From Eledone cirrhosa (Eukaryota): a stretch of DNA of 64,000 bases. The position numbers and the translations under genes are program-made. Below, in pieces: positions 28,467 through 43,450 of the stretch. Positions within the stretch are counted from its first letter, which is position 1; every line of letters begins with the position of its first letter. Under the pieces are notes generated by a model. It was not told where the DNA came from and did no database searches. It saw only the letters and a list, made by a program, of their open reading frames with translations. The DNA lies in the NCBI GenBank assembly GCA_964016885.1, contig OZ024749.1:36394001-36458000 (forward strand), written 5' to 3'.

Positions 28467-28707
28467 GTGAAGGCGTGTGGCTGAGTGGTTAGGGAATTGG
28501 ATTCGCAATCGTAAGGTTGTGAGTTCGATTCCTGGACCAGGTGATGCGTTATGTCCTTGAGCAAGACACTTTATTTCACGTTGCTCCTTCTACCTGGAGT
28601 TGCGACCGATAGATAGTATTAGCAATTGGAAAGACCAACGGAAACATTGTTCCCTCGGTCCGATTTGACGAAAGTCGATCGTTCCTAAAAAAAAAAAAAT
28701 ATATATA

Positions 28708-28907
28708 GGAAAAGAGTCAGGGCCCCGACAGTTGAGCTCCGGCCGTTTCAACAGCTAGGTCTGGACTAAGTCCGAATCTAGTTGTCGAAACGGCCGGAGC
28801 TTAGCCATCGGAGTCCTGACTCTTTTCCTATTACCCACTCTACTACACTAAGTATTGAGTACCCTGGTGCGTTATAGCCCATCTGGTATCTTACCACACC
28901 CTCTTTG

Positions 28908-28910
<3 letters not shown>
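28708..28910. repeat. Fold-back repeat family C (other copies 29830-30000 and 33738-33930)
   Basis: Shared agtattgagtac..ggtgcgttat..ccatctgg body plus nested hairpins around gtttc/gaaac. Confidence 0.75.
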
Positions 28911-28957
<47 letters not shown>

Positions 28958-30851
28958 AAAGGCGCATTGGACTTGCAATCGAAAGGTTGCGAGTTCAATT
29001 CTCGGACCGGGTGATGTGTTGTTTCCTTGAGCAAGACGCTTTATTTCACGTTGCTCCAGTTTACTCAGCTGTAGAAATGAGATGATAGGGACTGAGGTCC
29101 CTATCGTTAAATCACCCAAGACACCTCCAACGAGATATACCTTGGAGGAGGCCATTTTCGTCCCACCCTTGCAAGCAGGGAAAAGCGGACGTAAAATTAT
29201 GATTATGATGATATATATATATATATATATTCATTTTACGTCCGCTTTTCCCTGCTTGCAATATAATGGAGGCACATGGGTTAGTGGTTAGAGCATTGGA
29301 CTTGCCATCGAAAGGTTGTGAGTTCAATTCTCAGACCGGGTGATGTGTTGTTTCCTTGATCAAGACACTTTATTTCACATTGCTCCAGTTTACTCAACTG
29401 TAGAAATGAGATGCATTCCACTGCAAAGTGGTCGTGGAGGTGCCACGGCAAAAAAACACCCAGCACTCACTGTAAATGAGGTTGGTGTTAGGAAGGGCAT
29501 CCAGCTGTAGAAATCAAGCCAGAATCAGTTCCCGTCCTACCCTTGCAAGCAGGGAAAAGCGGACGTAAAATGAAATGATGATATATATATACTATTGAGT
29601 AAAGCATGTCCAGAGAATTATTTGATAATATATATACATCATCTCTACTCCCAATCAGCATAATTACCCACACAAAAAATCAATTAGACCAGGCTATAAG
29701 AATAAAAGGCACCTATGAAGAAACAGTAAATAAATACGCTACAGCGCCGTCTTCGCGTCCAACCGCTATAGAATATTTACCCAACATTTCAGCAGCACGT
29801 GGAAATTAATTAATATAAATATATATATATAGGGAAAAGTATGACCCCGACGGCAGAGCTCTAGCCGTTTCGACGGCTATTTCTAGTCCAGAAATAGCCG
29901 TCGGGGTCATACTTTTTCCTATTTCCCATTCTACTACCCTAAGTATTGAGTACTCTGGTGCGTTATGGTCCATCTGGTTCCTTACCACAATTCCTTTGTT
30001 ATATATATATATATCATTTCATCATCATTTCATTTTACATCCGCTTTTTCCCTGCTTGCAAGGGTGGGACGGGAACTGATTCTGGCTTGATTTCTTCAGC
30101 TGGATGCCCTGCCTAACACCAACCTCATTTACAGTGAGTGCTGGGTGCTTTTTTTGCCGTGGCACCTCCACGACCACTTTGCAGTGGAATGATAGGGACC
30201 TCAGTCCCTATCATCTCATTTCTACAGCTGAGTAAACTGGAGCAATGTGAAATAAAGCGTCTTGCTCAAGGAAACAACACATCACCCAGTCTGAGAATTG
30301 AACTCACAACCTTTCGATTGCAAGGCCAATGCTCTAACCACTAAGCCATGTGCCTCCTATATATATATATATATTATAATAATAATCAGGGTACAAAGAA
30401 TCAATATTGCATCATATGCATATTTAATCACATATTAGTTTAAAATTGGTGGTTTACCGCTGGCTAGAATTGGTCATTCTGCAATGTTAGCCATGACGTA
30501 ATATGAGAAAAGGAATTTCAACATTTTTGGCGTCCTGTAATTTCACTTTATAATTACATATTACACATGTTTCACTGCCGATCAGCTCGAGGAACAATCA
30601 ATTATGGTCGTCCCTAATGCTGGAATTGAAAGCTCCTTATATAAAATTACATTAAGAAAGATAACCAATTAATTGAAAGCCACGGGTGGTTTATTTCATT
30701 AGAGATATGATAATGAAATGGTTAAACAAGTTCTGTGACTCCAATCTTTCTAATATGTGTGTGTATGTATGAATATATATATATATACATGTATATATAT
30801 ATATATGTGTGTGTGTGTATATATTTATATATATGTATAGATAAACACATG

Positions 30852-30882
<31 letters not shown>

Positions 30883-31149
30883 GAATAAAGTATATATATG
30901 GAAGATAGACGTTAAACGATGATGATGAAATTAAATATAGTATATATATATGCACAAATATATGTGTGTGTGTATATATTTATATATATATGTATAGATA
31001 CACACATGCATACATATATATATATGAATAAAGTATATATATGGAAGATAGACGTTAAACGATGATGATGAAATTAAATATAGTATATATATATGCACAA
31101 ATATATGTGTGTGTGTGTATATATTTATATATATGTATAGATACACACA

Positions 31150-31193
<44 letters not shown>

Positions 31194-31537
31194 TATATAT
31201 AGATATGGAAGATAGACGTTAAACGATGATGATGAAATTAAATATAGTATATATATATGCACAAATATATGTGTGTGTGTATATATTTATATATATGTAT
31301 AGATACACAATGCATATATATATATATATATATATGAATAAAGTATATATATATATGGAAGATAGACGTTAAACGATGATGATGAAATTAAATATAGTAT
31401 ATATATATGCACAAATATATATATATATTTATTTTTTTACCTGTTCCAGCCATCTGGTTGAGGCTATGCTGGGGCATATGCATATATATATATATGCATA
31501 TATATATATATGCATATGCCCCAGCATATATATATAC

Positions 31538-31568
<31 letters not shown>

Positions 31569-34029
31569 TACATACACACATACTCATATGCTTACATATG
31601 TGCATAGTTAATAAACCTTATCTTTCTCTCGGTGTGTTCACTCAAAACAGAAACAAAAGGCATATTTTTAATTCTGAAATAATTACCTCATTATATAACA
31701 GGTATGTTGTGGTGGTGTTGAAATATAATGAATATGCATATATTTCTGGTTTATTTTTGTCATTATTTTATTGTTGCTGTTGTTGTTTTATTATTAATAT
31801 TATTGTGTTGATGTGATTATCATTGTTGATGTTGTTATTGTTGTTGTTTTATCATTAATATTGTAGTGTTGTGATCATGATTGTTGTTGTTGTGCTGTTA
31901 ATATCATTATTGTCGTTGTTATTGTCGTTGTTATTGTCGTTGTTATTGTCAACCAATTTCACAATTGTACAAACATACCTGATGGAATCGTCAATAGTTA
32001 ATTTTAATCGTTTTTCGATATATTTCTATATTTTTACCTGAAATAGACCAAAATCTAAGGTGATTTAGTGCAATGGTGACAAAATATTTATATATATATT
32101 TTAATCTAATCAATGTTTCTTCTCATAATTTTTATTGATTTTTGTTGTTTTTCAGGGATTTGCTGTTTTTTTGTTTTTGTATTTCTTCATGTATGTCCAA
32201 TTAGCATTATTGTTATTTTTATTATTATTATCTTTGGTGGATTGGCAGTATCGGTTGAGGGTCAGATGCCATGTTATGCAGCATAGTTACATTTCCTTTT
32301 CGGTCTGAGTTCAAATCTCGTCGAGGTTAACTTTGCCTTTCATCCTTACGGAGTAAATGAAATAAAGTACCAGTAATGCACTGAGGTCGATTTAAACGAT
32401 TTTCTCCTTCCCTAAAAAATTGCTGGCCTTGTGCTTAAATCAGAAGCCATTATGATGGTGGTTTGGCAGTATTGGTAAAGCATCAATCAGACACTGTGCT
32501 TTGCAGCACAGAGTTATGGGGCCCTTTATGTTCTGAGTTCAAATCCTGCCGATATTAACTTTGCCTTTCATCCTTACAGGGCGATAAAATAAAGTACCAG
32601 TAATGCACTGGAGTAATTGCTGGCCTTCTGCAAAAAGTAGAAACTATTATTATTATGCCACATTGCATTCTATAGTGGGGGGGGGGGGTTCAAACCACAT
32701 TTATAAAAGTTGTTTTTCAAACTTTCTTTCAAGAAGTTATGACTTGCTAGTAACAATGGCCGTGACATAAAAAAACAAGGAAGAAGAGAGGGGGTGGGAG
32801 TAAAAGCTAAAGAAAGAGAAGGTGTGATATGTTTTGGTAGTGGGAGGCAGTGTAACATGAAGTAGTGATGAGAGAAAGGGATAGAGGAAATCACAAGTAG
32901 TCAAAACTTGACAGCTAAGATCTACCACAGAGACACCAGTTACTGCTAACATCAACACCATGAATATAACTATAACTAACACACACAGGTAAATTCTAAC
33001 ATATTGACTGAATACATGTATACTTAGTAGAGTGCTTAGTATCCTGCTTACACTAATATATCAGTTGATTAACTAATGCAAAATATACAAAGTATTATTT
33101 ATACACACACAGGGCGGTGGATTGGCAGTATTGGTAGAGGGTCGGACGCCATGCTTTCCAGCATAGTTACGTCCCTTTACGATCTGAGTTCAAATCCCGC
33201 CGAGGTTGACTTTGCCTTTCATCCTTACGGGGTCGATAAAATAAAGTACCAGTAATGCACTGGGGGTTATTGCTGGCCTTGTGCCTAAAGTAGAAACAAT
33301 TAATGTATAGCGGCGGGTTCGCGGTACCGGTAGAGGGTCGGGCGCCATGCTTTGAAGCATAGAGTTACGGCCCTTGCCATTCTGAGTTCAAATCCCGCCG
33401 AGGTTGACTTTGCCTTTCATCCTTACGGGGTCGATAAAATAAAGTACCAGTAATGCACTGGGTAATTGCTGGCCTTGTGCCTAAAGTAGAAACAATTATT
33501 TATACACACACAGCCTTAATAAAATGATTAAAACTACTTCAGTATCGAGTACTCTTTTAACCACATATATATATGTTATCCCTCCCAAGTTACTTTTGGC
33601 ACAAGGCCAGCAATTATCCAGTGCATTACTGGTACTTTATTACGGGGGTCGATAAAATAAAGTACCAGTAATGCACTGGGTAATTGCTAGCCTTGTGCCA
33701 AAAGTAGAAACAATTATATATATATATATATATATATATAACAAAGGAAATGTGGTAATGAACCAGGTGGACCATAACGCACCAAAGTACTCAATACTTA
33801 GGGTGGTAGAGTGGGTGATAGGAACCAGTAAGACCCCGACGTTTCGACGGCTAATTCTGGAGTCCACATTTATAGAATTAGCCGTTGAAACAGCTTGAGC
33901 TCAGCCGTCGGGGTCTTACTGGTTCCTATATATATATATGTCCCCCACCTACCCCCCACTCTCCTGAGCGTGAATTTAATAAACATTTATTGTACTGCCT
34001 CTCTGTTCTGTCCCTGTTCAATTTTTCAT

Positions 34030-34097
<68 letters not shown>

Positions 34098-36379
34098 AGT
34101 ACTCGATACTGAAGTAGTTTTAATCATTTTATTAAGGTTAAATGGTGAATTTTGTTACTATGGAGTTTCACCTGTTTATCACCCTGTGATAAACAGGTGA
34201 AACTCCAGAGTAGCCTTAATAAAATGAATATACATACATACATGATGGCTGCCTCCTTGTTATCGAGTATGGCCATTGCACGATATACCATTATTAATAA
34301 TTATTAATTAATTCTATCGTGCAATGCCTGTGCATGAAGATTTTTTTTAAAGTGAGGAAAGACTGTGCACTGAGCCAATCCCACTCTCTGAGCGACAGTG
34401 GCTATAACCTGAAAAGAAGAAAAGATCAACATCATCGGTAACTACTGAGCCGCAGGTTTTATATCGGAGTTATCCTAGTTTCCTGAGTTGCCTTCTCCTA
34501 GAAGAATGCCCTGTTAAAGGCTAGGGGTCCTTCACTCCCAGTGCTTTAACCGTGTGGTACATGTGTATATACATATTTACACATTTTTGGATTGCCGTTG
34601 ACTCTTATGAGTTCTTCCGCCCATACATACCTATACATATACAAACACACATATACAGGGTGGGTGGAAAGAAACTCCCTATAGAAAATTACTTATAACT
34701 TTTGGCTTACTGTGACCTCTTGGGACAACATCAATGACCTCATTTTCATGCATGAGCAGCTTCAATCTTATTAATGTCAGAGTGTCTGCAAAGACCATGA
34801 AAAGATAACACCAGTTAGAATCGGGGAAACTCTGAGTACTGAGGAAGATATATATGCCAGTAGTGTGTATGTGTGAGCATTCTTGTGATGTGGATACAGG
34901 AGTCTTTACCATGTGTGTGTATATGTGAATGAGTGTGCTTCTGTTAATGTGTGTGTGTGTAAGCGAATGTATGTATTGTGGTGTGGATGTGTGTATATAT
35001 ATATAGTGATGTGTGTGTGTGTATGTGTGCAAACGTATGTATTGTGGTGTGGATGTGTGCAAACGTATGTATTGTGGTGTGGATGTGTGCAAACGTATGT
35101 ATTGTGGTGTGGATGTGCGTAAACGTATGTATTGTGGTGTGGATGTGTGTATAGTGATGTGTATGTGTGGATTTATGTATATAGTGCTGTGTGTGGGGGG
35201 GGGGGTATGTATAGTGTGTGAATGTGTGTGAATGTAAGAATTCTTATGATGTCTCTTGTGAGTGTTCTTTTAATGTGTGTGTGTGTGTGTGTATGCTCAT
35301 GAGTGAGTTATTTGTTTATATGAGTATGTATGTACATGTGAGTGTGTGTGTGTTTTGTTTTCTCTCATCAATAATTAGTATCCAATCACCTCCCCCAATC
35401 CCCACTCCACCCCACTCCACAAGAAGTGTTGTTTTAAAAATTCCAGAAATTAGAAATATTTGAAATTGAATTTAATTCCCTTAAATATTTCACATCAACA
35501 TCTTAAATAAATAAATAAATATATAAATAGAACAGGCTGTGGTTGGGTGGGGGTGATATAATACCATTTGCATGTTTAATTAGTATTATTATTGGCATTT
35601 GTTAGTACTGTCATAACCATCACCATAACTACTGTCATCACCACCACCACTGTCATCATCACCACCACAACCACTGCCATCACCGTCATCACCACCACTG
35701 CCATCACCATCACCACCATCACCACTGCCATCACTATCAACAACACCCAATATAACCAGCTTCACCAACATTATCACTGTCATCGCCACCACCAACATCA
35801 TCACTATTACCACCACTACCAACAACAACATCACTATTACCGCTACCATCACCACCACCACCAACATCACTATTACCACCACCACCACCACCACCACTAC
35901 CAACATCATCATCACTCTTACCACCACCACCCTATCCTCTCTCAATAATCTCTTCCTCCCTCAATCCCTCTAGTGCTTTTTTCTTTCACACCTCTTTCTC
36001 TCCCTCTCACCCTCAATTTTTTCCTCTACTTCTTTATCTGTGTTAACACACATCACATACACACAGTACGCACTGTACATGTAAACACACAGTACACAAT
36101 ATACACTGTACATGTAAACACCCACACAGTACACACTGTACGTGTAAACACACACATACATACTCAGTACACAGATAAAGCCCACCTCACCCCAAATATG
36201 TCAGTATTGTTCTATATCCATACTAAATGTCACTGTGACCATTTCATGCCGCCCTTCCCTACTATATACTTAACACTAGAGCTAATAGTTAGGCCCCTAT
36301 ATGGTTGTTAAACCTGCTAGATATAACGGCTAAATCTCTCAACCTCACCATAATGTTTGTCTTAAAACAGGAATGACAC

Positions 36380-36830
36380 ATTAGATTATGCAGTCCTAGA
36401 TACACGTTGTCTATATGGGAAACTCTGAATCCGAAGTTTGTTGATTTAGAATGACCTGGGGTTATACGACTACGACAGTCACAAATACATACTACTATAC
36501 TGTACATTTAATAACGTAGTCCTAGATACACAGTGTCTAAATGGGAAACTCTTAATCCCAAGCTTGTTGATCTAGAATGACCTGGGGGCTAAACAACCAC
36601 AACAGCCATAAATACAAACTACTATACTATAAATTTAATAATGTAGTCCTAGATACACAGTGTCTAAATGGGAAGCTCTTAATCCCAAGCTTGTTGATCA
36701 GGACTGACCTGGAGTTAAACAACCACAACAGTCACAAATACAAACTACTATACATACATTTAATTGTGTAGTCCCAGATACACTATGCCACAGCTCTACT
36801 GGATTAGAACCGACCTTGAGCTAAACAATG
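36380..36830. repeat. ~125-bp degenerate tandem repeat, 3-4 units
   Basis: gtcctagatacac...tgacctgg recurring. Confidence 0.8.
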
Positions 36831-37209
36831 GCACTAACAATAGCCACAGGCTTACAAACATTTTCTGTGTTCACTGTTTAACTCACATGGCATGGTTCAA
36901 CACAAGATATAATGACATTTGCTTCACCTTTTAGTATTTATATTACTCTGTGTTTACTATTGTATTTTCATAGTAAAGGCTTTACTCGCATAATTATCTC
37001 ACATAATATTAAAGCTTTAAGATTTTGATGATATTATTTTGAGAACAATACCTTAAAGTTAATATGAGCAGCTGGTTATGGCTGGTTTGAATAGAAAGAG
37101 ATAAAAGAATCGTGGCTGGATATGCTAAAGGGTTAAGATGCTATGCAGTGGGGTTGAAATCAAAACCTTGGGATTGTAAAGCAAACTTCATTATTAGTCC
37201 ATGCTTTAT

Positions 37210-37241
<32 letters not shown>

Positions 37242-37769
37242 CACACAAACCACACACACCACATAAACATACACCACATACACCACACAAACATACACAC
37301 ACGCACACACAAACATACACTGCCTTCTGGTATGCTCATAAGATTGTTTTTTTGATTTCTAGACTAGGAGCTTCACTGAATTCTTGAGCAAGACACTTCA
37401 TTTCACGTTGCCTTTTATGCTAGAATTAGGAACCCTATCATTAAAGCACTTGAAAAAAAAACCATCGAATGAGCTAAACCTGCATAAGTTTGAGCTGTAA
37501 ATTTCATTTTCATTTCAAATGTTGAGGCTTAGGAAATACTGGCTCTTCTGGAATATTGTAGCTTTGTTGAAAGAATATATACATACATATATATATATAT
37601 TCCACACTGTAAACGTGGTTGGTGTTAGGAAGGGCATCCAGCCGTAGAGAACCTGCCAGACAGTCATATATGAGCGAGACATGGTCACCCGACCAATCTT
37701 GCCTCAAGTGGGACAATTCCTGTCTAAACCCATGCTAGCGTGGAAGATAGACATTAAACGATGAGGATG

Positions 37770-37823
<54 letters not shown>

Positions 37824-38814
37824 AAAGTTCTATTTAAAGTTGTTGGGATACAACAAGTAAATATTTTTATAACTGATATAAAGCACTCGACAAATTTTTG
37901 GAGTAGATATACGAGTAGATATATCGTATATATATATATATATATATACACAATCACACACTCATATATATATATATAATTATTTAATATAGAAATGGCT
38001 TCTACAGGACTATAACTGTTTCGTTCACATTCTTAATGATTTCATATAAATGAAACAGTTCTCGTCCTGTAGAAGATATTTCTATATTAAATAATTGTTT
38101 CTACTTTTGACACAAAGCCAGCAATCACCCAGTACATTACTGGTACTTTATTTTATCGACCCCGTAAGGATGAAAGGCAAAGTTAACCTCGGCGAGATTC
38201 GATTAAACTCTACTAATGTATTGAGTATTTTTTTTAACTGTAGGTACCCCCCTATTTTACTCGTGATATTTACTCGATGAAATTTTAAAAAAATAGTGCT
38301 ATTTACTTTGAACAGGTTAGAATCTATATGTATAGTTTTTGTCCAATAGAATTGGCCTATAGCATTCCAGCTGGGTGCCAAAGATTGTTGTTACCATCTC
38401 CAAAATGGTAATAACTAAATCTATTGTTGATGCTAAGTTTTACTTTCACTATTGTTAGTTCTATGTTTTGTTTTGGTATACTCTGTTTCTAATAATTGTA
38501 AAATACTTTACAAAACAATGAATATAACAAAACTGTGAATGTTTTTAGGTTGGCTTCTGCCAAAGTAAGTTTCTACCAACATCTGTTGGAATAATTCCCT
38601 GTTGGAAGAATTAATGGATATTTGGTAAGGGAGAATTCTATGATGATGAGTCTTGATAATTTATCCGAAGAAAGTAGCTGATCTTTCTAGATATGTTGTG
38701 ATGGGGATGGGCTGGTGCAGTGTTGTGTGGTGGTGGTGGTGGGGAATGGGTGATGGTGGTGGTGGTGGTGATGTGTTGTGTGGTGTATGTTGGTGGTGTG
38801 GGACAACACCAGTT

Positions 38815-38856
<42 letters not shown>

Positions 38857-40030
38857 TCACACAGACGGCATTGTAGAAGCATCCCTTTCTTCCCCGTCTT
38901 TTTCTCTTAGCATGTATGCAGAGTAGTTACAATAAGCAGGGCTCATCTATTGTGTGTGTGTTATGTGCATTGTGTCTGTCTGTGTGTGTTTGCTGTGGAG
39001 TGGATGTATGTGTGTTATGTTGTGTGTGTTCTTGTAAGTTTTAGTGTTTATACACATATCTTTACACACCTGTTGCTAGCAATTCTTATAGTGTTGTTGT
39101 TGTTGTAGTGGTGGTGGTGGCGGTGGCGGCGGCTGCTGTTGCTGCTGCTGCTGTTGCTGTTGTTGTTGTATAGTGCTATGGTGTATAATAATTGTTTCTG
39201 CTTTTGGCACAAGGCCAGCAATTATCCCAGCGCATTGCTGGTACTTTATTTTATCGACCCCTGTAAGGATGAAAGGAAAAGTTAACCTAAGCATAATAGA
39301 CTGACGCTCCACCGATTATGTCAATCCACTGCCCTATAATGATTTCTAGTATAGACACAAGGCCAGTAATGGGGGGGGGGGGGGTCGATTAAATCGACCC
39401 AGTATTATTGCTGGTGCTTTATTTTATCGACCCCGTAAGAATGAAAGACAAAGTTAACCTCGGCGGGATTTGAACTCGGACTGTAAAGGATCGTAACTCT
39501 ATGCTGCAAATCATGGTGTCCAACTCTCTACCGATACTTGCCAATCTCCACCGCCCTTAATAATAATAATGTTAGAACTACTGTAGTAGTGCTGTAGTTA
39601 GTTCCATATTACACAGTATGTATATAATCCATGATTTGTTGCTAGGTCAAATGTTATCCTAACATACCATATCTTCCATTTTTATCACTTTATCCCATCA
39701 TGGATTATCCTATACCAGATTACTGTCACCTGTCTAAACTCTTCCTAACTAATCTGGATCATATATTATACACTCACATCACACTCACTGATTACATGTA
39801 TGCACCTCTGTGTTTAGAGAGTGATATACTGATATCACTTCCTTCTAACCCTATATTGCCTCTAGCTGCCTCTCTCTCATATGTATATATATATATATAT
39901 ATATATATTACATACATACATCCATTATATATATAAAACCCATGGTAACATGGAAATTGGACCTTAAACAGTGATCACGATATATGTATGTACAGAAAGA
40001 AAGAAAGAAAGAAAGAAAGAGAGACAGGTG

Positions 40031-40073
<43 letters not shown>

Positions 40074-41177
40074 CCACCTCTCTGTTTCTCTCTGAACATA
40101 CACATTCATGTATGGGAAGAGGATGTTAAATGATGACGATAATGATATCATCATCATCGTTTAACGTCCATCTTCCACGCTAGCATGGGTTTGGACGGGA
40201 ATTTTCCCACTTGAGGCAAGATTGGTTGTCTTGTTCGTATAGGACTGTCTGGCGGGTTTTCTACGACTGGATGCCCTTCCTAACACCAACCACGTTTACA
40301 GTGTGGACTGGGAGGTTTATATATATATATATAAACTTTCTCAGAATTACCAGCTAAACACACGTTTTCCTCCTTAAACAAGTTTTTTTTTCTGTTTCTT
40401 CCATTTCTTATTCTCTTATTCTTTCTCCTGGCAAAGCACTATCACCCAAAACATTGACTCATTTCCAACTATATTAAGTGTTAAACTAATATATATCTTC
40501 ATCATACTGTATCATTCTCACGAGTTGTTCCTCCTTGTTGACTTTTCACATATATATTTTAGCCCCAAATCTGTCTTTCTTCAACAGACCTATGGTGAAA
40601 AGCAATTCAGCATATCTAGGATGATTGTATCTATTTTTCCATTATTTATGAAGTTAGGGTGTAATTTGAGGGAGATTTGGCTGGAAAACTATGGTATAAA
40701 ATTAGCTAAAAGGGAACTGATAATAACAGTATGAAAGTGAAACCTGTTCCATATGTGTAGTTTCTCAGCAAAACAAAGACCACAATGGGTAAATAAAGGG
40801 TTTTGTGGTGTTTTGGCTAGATCATGCTGGGTATATGATTCTTCATCCTGAAGTTGGCAGCTAAAATGGGAGTGGGAGATTGAGTTTCTTCCCCTTCCTT
40901 CTTCCTTCATTACTCTCTAACTTATTCATTCTACTTTCTCTCATTTCTTTAGTCTTCTCCCTCTCACACCACCTGTCACTCCCTCCCCTTTCTATCTATT
41001 GTTTACTGTATCCATTTCTTCAATCTATCACCATCTGCCATGTCTCACATCACTACACTCAGTAAATATTTTATTCATACTCCACTGATTTCTCTGCTCC
41101 AAGAGCAGGTGTGGGTGGGTGTTGACTGGACACTGGTTGACCACACTGTTTCTGGCATATCTTAACTGAGTGATTGG

Positions 41178-41273
<96 letters not shown>

Positions 41274-42679
41274 CTCTCTCTCTCTTTCTCTGGTGTGGTG
41301 GAATGTGGGCACTTTTCATTTCTATATTCTGTAAAAATAGTTTTTCTTCTAAAAAGGTTTACAATGATTGTATTCTTGTTGTTGTTGTTGTTGCTGTTGT
41401 TGTTGTTGTGTAAGTTGTTGTTGGTGGTGGTGGTGGTATGTAAGAAGTTGTTGTTGTTGGTGGTGGTATGTAAGAAGTTGTTGTTGTTGGTGGTGGTGGT
41501 ATGTAAGATGTTTGTGGTGGTGGTGGTGGTGGTATCTTAAATCTCTCCAATAAGATGGTGAAGTAAGAGATGATATCCGAAGGTGGGGGGAAACTAGAGC
41601 AGATGTTGACATTGAAGGGTTAGGAACAAATGAGGGTGGTGGTGGTGTTGGTAATGTGGTAATGGCAGAGATGGTGTATTGCTGATGTAGTTATGGTGAT
41701 GGTAGTGTAGCAGTAACGATGATGGGTGTGTATGTTGATGGTAATTCCATCACAAAAACCTTCATTATCATCACCATTGCCACTACCATCATCACCACTA
41801 CCATCATCACCACCACATCCTATCTAATACATACACACACATATACAATGTGTTTCCAAAACATGTATACACACTTTGATTACCTGTACAGGGCAATATT
41901 ATTAGAAGGTGGATTGGCAGTATCAGTAGAGGGTCGGACACCATGCTTTGCAGCAAAGAGTTACATCCCTTTATGGTCCGAGTTCAAATCCCGCCGAGGT
42001 TAACTTTGCCTTTCATCCTTACAGGGTCAATAAAATAAAGTACCAGTAATACACTGGGATAATTGCTGGCCTTGTGCCAAATGTAGAAACAATTATTAAA
42101 ATGCACAGCCTATCCCAGAAATAAAATGATCTACAGACATAATTCCATTGTATGTAAACACCCAAAAATGTTTACATAATTTAAATAATTGTTTCTACTT
42201 TTGGCACAAGGCCAGCAATTGCCCAGTACATTACTGGTACTTTATTTTATCGACCCCGTAAGGATGAAAGGCAAAGTTAACCTCGGCGGGATTTGAACTC
42301 AGAATGGCAAGGGCCGTAACTCTATGCGTCAAAGCATGGCGTCCGACCCTCTACCGATACTGCCAATCCACCGCCCTTACATAATTTAAATAATGCATAT
42401 AAAACAGTGTATTTTAATGCATTTTTTTTTTTTGGTGTTGAAGTTTGTATACATTTTTTTTAAACACCCTGTATATATAAATAAATTCTCAACACAGTTG
42501 CATGCTACCTATGGTTTCAAAGCTTACTCTAGGTACAGAGATGGCAAAGCATTGTAACAACATGCTGCTTCGTTCATGTCTTTGGTCAAAAACAACACAC
42601 TTTTCTTCTGTTTTTTCTTTGCCTGTTTCCTTAAAGTTTACCATCAGTCCGTTGGTATACATCATTTATTACGCAATTT

Positions 42680-42737
42680 ACACCTGAAGATGTCACCGGG
42701 TTCTTACACAACCTGGCCACTGAAATGTGTATAGTGT
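42680..42737 (+). ncRNA. Hammerhead ribozyme motif, H2-related solo copy
   Basis: ACAC-CTGAAGA-TGTCA-CCGGGTT/AACCTGG-GAAA-TGTGT-ATA-GTGT; stem I ACAC/GTGT versus ATAC/GTAT at 27500. Confidence 0.62.
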
Positions 42738-42792
42738 TTGCAGAAATAAATAATTAAGGAAATTCAACATATTTGGCCTCCTGTCGTTCACT

Positions 42793-42837
<45 letters not shown>

Positions 42838-43012
42838 AAATGAAGTAATTCCATCGGAAAAGTCCAGGAAAAAAGAGTGCTCTATGTATGCAACAGAGCT
42901 TAATTATTATTATTATGTAATAAACAACATAAGACAATTATTCCATTGTTTTGCTTTCAATCCTCAGAATGAAAAATCCTGGTTTGTTTATTGAATATGG
43001 ATTCTAAAAACG

Positions 43013-43075
<63 letters not shown>

Positions 43076-43087
43076 TATATGTGTGTT

Positions 43088-43128
<41 letters not shown>

Positions 43129-43175
43129 TGAAGAAGCCAAGGTTTTTAAATGAAATCCATCTTTAATCTCTGATT

Positions 43176-43242
<67 letters not shown>

Positions 43243-43257
43243 TATATGTGTGTTTAC

Positions 43258-43306
<49 letters not shown>

Positions 43307-43321
43307 TATATGTGTGTTTAC

Positions 43322-43369
<48 letters not shown>

Positions 43370-43417
43370 TGAAGAAGCCAAGGTTTTTAAATGAAATCCA
43401 TCTTTAATCTCTGATTG

Positions 43418-43449
<32 letters not shown>

Positions 43450-43450
<1 letters not shown>

